From assembly GCA_964016885.1 (NCBI GenBank), contig OZ024745.1:40548001-40612000 (forward strand): a stretch of DNA of 64,000 nucleotides. The letters run 5' to 3'. A model generated the notes under the pieces. That model worked only from the letters and a program-made list of their open reading frames with translations. It made no database searches and had not been told where the DNA came from. Source of the DNA: Eledone cirrhosa. Lineage: Eukaryota. The translations under genes were made by a program, and so were the position numbers. Shown piece by piece: positions 56,942 through 64,000 of the stretch (within the stretch, counting starts at the first letter, position 1; each line of letters opens with the position of its first letter).

Positions 56942-57950
56942 AACTTCAACAATTTTCTATATTAAAGATGAATTTAGGTGTGCTTCTGGTGTATGTATAT
57001 GCGTGTGTGGGTGTGTGTGTGGGGTGTTTGTATGTGTGTCTGGCGGAGGGAGGGGTTAATGATGTGTAAAATACATGTATTTTCATAAAAATGGGATGAC
57101 AACAAAGAGAAAAATAGGATTAGTTTTCGAATAGTATAAAATTAAATTAAATTGTTTAGAATTAAAACTGAAGTCATTCTTTTCCTTTTATAAACATACC
57201 TAACTCTACCAAGGATCCCATATATTTATTAGTTGGGAGTTACTGTTTTTACGTGATGCGTTGTAAACAGCTTCAAATTTAAGCATCTCGAAGTATTACT
57301 ATGCAGAATTCTCGTTGGATTAATTGAACAAGCGTGAAAGTTAAAGAAAAAGCTGAATGCATCAGCCGAATAAATATAATGATAATCTATATAATGCAAC
57401 GAAAAGTTGTTTCTCGTTTATTTTTTCAACAGACCCCCCCCCCCCGCTCTCGCTCTCTCTCTCTATATATATATATAGATATATATAGAGAGAGAGAAAA
57501 AGAGAGAGAGAGAGACAGACAGAGAGATTGAGAGAGAGAGATTAATATATATATAAATGTTTGTTTGTATATGTATTTCCCTATTTAATTCTCGCTCACT
57601 TCTAACTTTCTCTCCCTCTCTTTTTTCTTCTCTGAGTGTGTACATGTGTTCTTACTTATGTCGGGATTCAGTTGGGTCCTACGATAAATGTTCCAGTGGT
57701 TTGAGCAAGGAAACTGCCTGCTCCTAAAATTAATGTTGCTGGGCATTTAACTGTTAGACTCAGCGTTGCACATACTTCGACAAGCCTTTGACAAGCCCGG
57801 CCATTTGAATTTTTTCTCCTGTGTGGAATGAGGCAAGGGAAAACATATTTTCTCAATCTTAAGGTCCTGAATCTAGTTTCACACACACCCACTGACATCC
57901 ATACACAGAAACACATACACGCACACACATTCACACGCAACACCCCCCCC

Positions 57951-57977
<27 letters not shown>

Positions 57978-57984
<7 letters not shown>

Positions 57985-58275
57985 AAAAAAAGATGAAATC
58001 GAAAATGCAAGTGAAGTCTTAATTTTTAAAAGAATATATATATTTATTTGGTTCCTTTACCGGTTTCGCAGTTCTTCTGCTTTTCAAAAGTAGAGTTGAG
58101 ATGGCGGGTCTGTGGTTTTTCTCACATGTGAGAAAAACCACAGACCCGCCATCTCAACTCTACTTTTGAAAAGCAGAAGAACTGCGAAACCGGTAAAGGA
58201 ACCAAATAAATATATATATTCTTTTAAAAATTAAGACTTCACTTGCATTTTCGATTTCATCTTTTTTTCTTTATA
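57978..58275. repeat. Perfect spacerless 298-bp palindrome with a hammerhead in each arm
   Basis: Centre CACA|TGTG between 58126 and 58127; no mismatch seen. Confidence 0.95.
58163..58198 (+). ncRNA. Minimal type I hammerhead with U3-A8 core
   Basis: CTT-TTGAAAA-GCAG-AAGAA-CTGC-GAAA-CCGG-TA-AAG. Confidence 0.72.
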
Positions 58276-58381
58276 CTTTCACTCATGTAGGACACCTCGG
58301 TTATTTTTCATTTTGTAAAAAAAAACTCACTTTCTAATATATATATGCATATATATATATGTGTGTGTGTATATATATACA

Positions 58382-58503
<122 letters not shown>

Positions 58504-59956
58504 TCCTTGAGCTATATATAATCGGCAGGCAAATCGATGAGGCGTCGCTCATGACAACATTCTTTTGAGGCTCATTAAGATTGATCTGTTATATATTTCT
58601 TGGAGCACATTCATTATCCAACTGATTAACTGCTAATTATTTTTTTCTGCTGTATTATTTGACAGTGAAGTTGTATTTAAGATGCACCTCCATATTTTCA
58701 TCACTTTCTTCATCATGCAATCTTATTGGTTATAAACAACACTATTTATATTAACAAGGTGAAACCACGTATATAAACACGGTTTACAGAACTTTGCATA
58801 AACACATCGGTTACTTATAGATTTTTGCAGGCCAGATCCGGTGGAACGTTGGTGCTAATAAAGATTTAATAATGTTACTTTATATTCTGAGTTCAAATTG
58901 TATGTATATTTAATTTACCTTTAATTCTAATTGTATGGTTTTAAAAGAAAATATATTTGAACTGTACTGAATTCAGTATATGTGAATGTTTGCATAACAT
59001 GTATGGTAATCTGCCTATATGAATAATTTACAATTCCTTGACTAGTAGAGTTAATCCATCATTCGCTTTAACACCACCATCTGCACATCGTGTGACTTTA
59101 GAGGAATCCACAATGTTGCAAGCATTTGGACCAAATCACTGATTTAAAAAAAAAATTCCTCTACGCTGAAAGTCTTTCTCGCAGACTAAATGTTAAAAGT
59201 AATTCAACGTGGTATGGAGGGGTTAAACAAACTGAATTATTCGCTAAAGATATCATGTTTTGCACCATGTGTATTTCAATATCTAATTGATCTCACTGCA
59301 TTCTAATGTGTCTCATGATTAATGATTATTTATCAGGGAAGCAGTTATTAAGTGTTTCATGATTAACATCGACTAAACAGCAAATGGAATACCATAACTA
59401 TTGAGACACGTATCAGCAAGCACATCTCAATATATTCTCCCACATTTGCACCCATGCCTCCATCCATCTATACATACATACATTCATACATACACTTTTA
59501 TCTCCTTCACCTCAGTGTAACTTTCTGTGTCAAGCATTAAACTAATATATGTTCATTTTACTGTATCTTTTCCCCCTGTTTGTTATTCAGTTACTTCTCA
59601 CATGCGCATGTATATATATATATACAGTGGCGGACTGGCCAGGTTGCCAGGTTGCACAATGGGAAGTGGGCCGCAGGGGGCCCACGGTAACATCGCAAGA
59701 GCCCACAGTAACAGGGCCACTGTAGTACTTTAGGGGCCAATGATTTGCGTGAAATCTAAGAGAAAGAATATATTTTTTTGAAAAATAATTAAAACAGTTA
59801 AGCAAAGCATTTGGTCAACCAGTTCCCCAGGGAATTACTAGAAATAAAAATATAGCTGGAATCAGTGATTGTACATTCTAATAAATCTAAAGCTTATTGT
59901 ATTCATTCATGCATGCAAACATACATATATAGACACAGATACAGAAGGTGAACGTG

Positions 59957-60028
<72 letters not shown>

Positions 60029-60057
60029 AGAGAGAGAGAGAGAGAGAGAGAGAGGGG

Positions 60058-60091
<34 letters not shown>

Positions 60092-60094
60092 AAG

Positions 60095-60281
60095 AGAAGT
60101 AGTAACACAACAGTTAGTTCACCATACCGAGAACAATTGTTTCACCTTATGCGTATCTTCATAAGGTGAAAGAATTGTTCTCGGTATGGCGAACTAACTG
60201 TTGTGTTACTACTTCTACCAAACTCTTCCCATGGACTGAGTACTCTACTACTACGGATATTACCTTCCAGTGTTCTACCTT
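60095..60281. repeat. Short foldback derived from the Naiad-like pLTR / 5' region
   Basis: Arms about 60095-60151 and 60160-60216; 60162-60281 matches 52036-52151; bounded by (GA)n and (TA)n. Confidence 0.88.
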
Positions 60282-60579
60282 TATATATATATATAGATAG
60301 ATAGGAAGATAGATTGATAGATAGATAGATACACGCACACACACAGACACGCTCACATATATACACACACACATACACACAGACATATGTATATATATAT
60401 ATATATAGACTGAGTGTGAAAGACCAAAGTTCGTTATTGCCATTCTATGGATTTCGCAAAATAGCTAATATTTTTTATTGGAGAAAGTAAGATATTTTTG
60501 CGCATAAATTTGATTGCACGGGTTTGTTTCCACTTATGTATTTTTCTGAAAATGTTATTTATTCATTATAAAAATCAAA

Positions 60580-60765
60580 GGGGCGGTGAATTGGCAGTAT
60601 CAGTAGAGGGTTGGACGCCATGCTTTCTAGCATAGTTACGTCCCTTTACAGTCTGAGTTCAAATCCCGCCTAGGTTAACTTTGCCTTTCATCCTTACGCC
60701 GTCGATAAAATAAAGTACCAGGAATGTACTGGATAATTGCTGGCCTTGTGCCTAAAGTAGAAACA
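60580..60765 (+). mobile_element. Full-length tRNA-derived SINE with 15-bp TSD
   Basis: ATTATAAAAATCAAA at 60565-60579 and 60766-60780. Confidence 0.92.
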
Positions 60766-61392
60766 ATTATAAAAATCAAATGATAGTATTCTAAATGAGG
60801 TGCAACAGAAATCAAAAATCGATTACAGGGTAAAATGTAATCTAGATAGATGAGAAACAAAAGGAGGATGTAGTTTATGGAACACAAAAAGTCGACCTTA
60901 AGTAGGAGCAATAACATTAAGAAAGACATGAACCACATCATTTTGTTTTGAAAATTTTGGGAGTAAGTTTATAAGTATGAATTTTCATAAGATTTTCGTA
61001 CTTGTCACTGTGGCTTAGTGGTAGGTACTAGAGACGGTTGAGATACGGGCCTTGGGTTCAAGAGGTCAAGATGTACATGTAACGTTTTTCAGTATCTATT
61101 TTACAACCAATAGAAAACACTGAAAGAGATTTCGCGGGAACCCTACTCCCGACCAGGATCGAACTTCAGACCAGGATCAGCACTGTCTATGATTCCTCCA
61201 ACTAGGCCACAGAGATAGCTACAAAACTATAATGAAAATTGATAATTATAATCCTACTTTCAAAATGACAGTTAAAAAGATGTGTCGTTCATGGCTCTCC
61301 TAGAGATATTAGTAATAATTAGGGTCGACTTGTCAATCTTCTGGCTCTTTCGTAACTGTTAAATTCATTTAATTTGATTATTTTAGCAAAGA

Positions 61393-61468
<76 letters not shown>

Positions 61469-62294
61469 TTATATACATAATACCAATCATTGCAAGTTTG
61501 AATCTGTCATGCAAACACATATATATATGAATGCGGTAAGCCTAAATCATAGTAGATTGAAATATCACAGAGAGACAGAGAGAGAGAGTGGGGAGAAATG
61601 AGGTGCAACAGAATGACTCATGTATTACAGGTTACAATATAGTATAGATAGATGTGAAACAAAACGAAGATGTAGTTTATCGAACACCCAAATAATTTAG
61701 AAGTCGACCTTAAGTAGGATCAATAACATTAAGAAAGACATGAACGACACTACAACATTTTGGTTTGAAAATTCTGAAAGTAAGTTTATAAGTATGAATT
61801 TTCATAAGATTTTCATACTTATCTCCGTGGCCTAGCAGTAGGTACTATGTACGGTGAAGATTCTGGCTGTGGATTCAATCCTGCTCGAGAGATACCTGTA
61901 CCCTTTTTTCAGTTTTTATTTTACAACCCATAGAAAAAAAAATGAAAAGGTTTACTGGGAACCCTACTCCCGACCAGGATCAAACTTCAGACCAGGATCA
62001 CCACCGCCTATGGTTCCTCTAACTAGGCCACCGAGACAGCTACAAAAGTATAATGGAAATTGATACTAATGGCTTTCCTAGAACTATTAGTTATATTCAG
62101 AGTCGACTTCTGGTCATTATTGAAAATCTCTGGAATTCGCGAAATACATGATATTTTATTATTGGAGAAGGTAAGATATTTTCCCACAAAAATTTGATTA
62201 CACTGTTTTGTTTCCACTTATATGTTTTTCGAAGATGTTATTTATTCATTTTTAAAATTACATGATAGCATTCTATATGTAGGTAGGCCAGTCC

Positions 62295-62340
<46 letters not shown>

Positions 62341-62799
62341 AATGAAAAAAGAAGGCTGGTTTCCAAATATCATTTTACTGATGCAAAATCATGATATGTA
62401 TTCCTATTTTCGAGACCCCCACGCCGTAAATCATGAGACAAGACATGTGGTGATGTATAAGTTTAATTCAAATAAAATATTTTAAGGGTAAGTAATCAAT
62501 TAGCGGTATACGGAAAATAAGCGTAGAAGTGATACGGAGCCGGTCCATCAGTCAAAGTGACCTCCGTGAAATATGGACTGAGTATGCCATATAAAACAAT
62601 GCAATGTGGGTTCGTAGGTGGTATTTGCTCGACAGCGAGACATTCAACCAATCGTAAAGCCACTCAGTGCCAATTGCGTTATCTATTTAACACTGATTGG
62701 GCGCGCCTTATCGTCTATGAAAACCGCGCTAGTTCGTAGCCGAAAACCAGCATAGCGTGACGGTGAATCTCTGCGAGGGTTTGAAATGTTATAAAAAGA

Positions 62800-63165
62800 A
62801 TACAGTTGACCTTGATTGTTCGGTCAGTATTCACAGGGAAATCCCCTAATATTGTCATATTCTGACCTGATACTGCATAGTCATATACTGACTATATAAG
62901 ATTGTCATATACTGACCATAGAACCTGAACATTACCCTGTGTAAGTATTTCCCAACTCTATACTGCCTCGTTTTATATTTATGTGGAACTAATAATTTGC
63001 AGCCTGAAGCCAGGTATTCAATCGTCACAACTTGGTCAACACAGAATCGATAATTCGGGTCAGTTCCATTTCTGATCACATTTTGTTTGAACGTCACACG
63101 TTGAAGGACAATGGTCTTGTGCAGCCTAATGAAGCCCTCACTCTCTGACTTCAGCCCGGAAGTTT
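62800..63165 (-). mobile_element. R4/Dong-like fragment (zinc-finger / RHD region)
   Basis: LKSESEGF..AQD; VIRNGTDPNYRFCVDQVVTIEYLASGCKLLVPHKYKTRQYRVGKYLH. Confidence 0.7.
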
Positions 63166-63414
63166 ATATCCGTGAAAATCGGCCGTCGAAATGTATGTAC
63201 GTAATTTCACCCCTCTCAATGATACTCCTTATCAAAATAGGCAAATATTGTCTTACGAGAATAGAATTGGTGTAGAAAATTGCACAATATTCCACGAATG
63301 TAGCAGTTAAAACAGAGCAAGAAAGCATCCTCAGTAAGACATTCATGCTACACTGGTATTGTCGGTAGGAATCGACATTCTACGTACATTTTATTTACTT
63401 GAGTCCAATATGAC

Positions 63415-63448
<34 letters not shown>

Positions 63449-63451
<3 letters not shown>

Positions 63452-64000
63452 AGAGTATTGAAGTTTGCTTGAAGCATTGTGGAACAATAAGTAAATATCT
63501 TTAAGTCGTTTGGAAGCCTCGACAATGCAAATGGGTAAATCTCCGGGTAACAAGGTCCGGTGGTGGAGAGATGTAAGTGGGTGTACGTTGAGATGCGTGG
63601 TGTGTATAAGATGTGTGAGATGTGTAGAATGAAGGGAAGAGTATAAAGGATAAAAATAAAAAATAACAACACAAGAGAGAGTTACCTTGGGAGAGATTTA
63701 ACAGTCCCTATATATTTCGGATTCACATCCATCAACTGGGGTTTTTTCCCCCACCCCGGAAAAAAACCCCAGTTGATGGATGTGAATCCGAAATATATAG
63801 GGACTGTTAAATCTCTCCCAAGGTAACTCTCTCTTGTGTAGTTATTTTTTATTTTTATCCTTTATACTCTTCCCTTCATTCTACACATCTCACACATCTT
63901 ATACACACCACGCATCTCAACGTACACCCACTTACATCTCTCTCTGCACCACCGGACCTTGTTACTCGGAGATTTACCCATTTGCATTGTCGAAGCTTCC
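63449..64000. repeat. Near-perfect foldback; arms 63512-63749 and 63758-64000, cut by the window edge; variant HHR beside the apex
   Basis: CCATCAACTGGGGTTTTTTCC..GGAAAAAAACCCCAGTTGATGG; starts at (TA)n. Confidence 0.93.

Larger units (their letters stand above)
59625..62299. mobile_element. hAT-like non-autonomous TIR element with nested insertions and an internal tandem duplication
   Basis: Left CAGTGGCGGACTGGCC; right GGCCAGTCCGCCA (terminal CTG missing). 60793-61340 is repeated at 61596-62130, and 60475-60580 at 62160-62265. Confidence 0.65.

Overview
AT-rich, microsatellite-saturated eukaryotic DNA. The SINE family and repeat style suggest an octopod cephalopod (inference). I found no intact host gene; the window is almost all decayed mobile elements. 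These are: a full-length Tx1/L1-like LINE inserted in (TTA)n; several R4/Dong-like fragments; a near-complete Penelope-like element (PLE, Naiad-type RT plus GIY-YIG) with direct pseudo-LTRs, and other PLE fragments; tRNA-derived SINEs; two mariner relics; two Helitron-like non-autonomous elements; and a hAT-like TIR element. The main signal is a dense set of foldback (long inverted repeat) and partial-tandem elements that sit in or against (TA)n tracts. Many carry type I hammerhead ribozyme (HHR) folds. About 20 HHR candidates from several unrelated sequence families are visible by eye, including U3-A8 covariant cores, palindromic helix III (dimer-type) and long helix II extensions. One such element is a ~291-bp tandem unit containing a tRNA-like Pol III cassette. 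All folding was done by eye; nothing was computed or searched.
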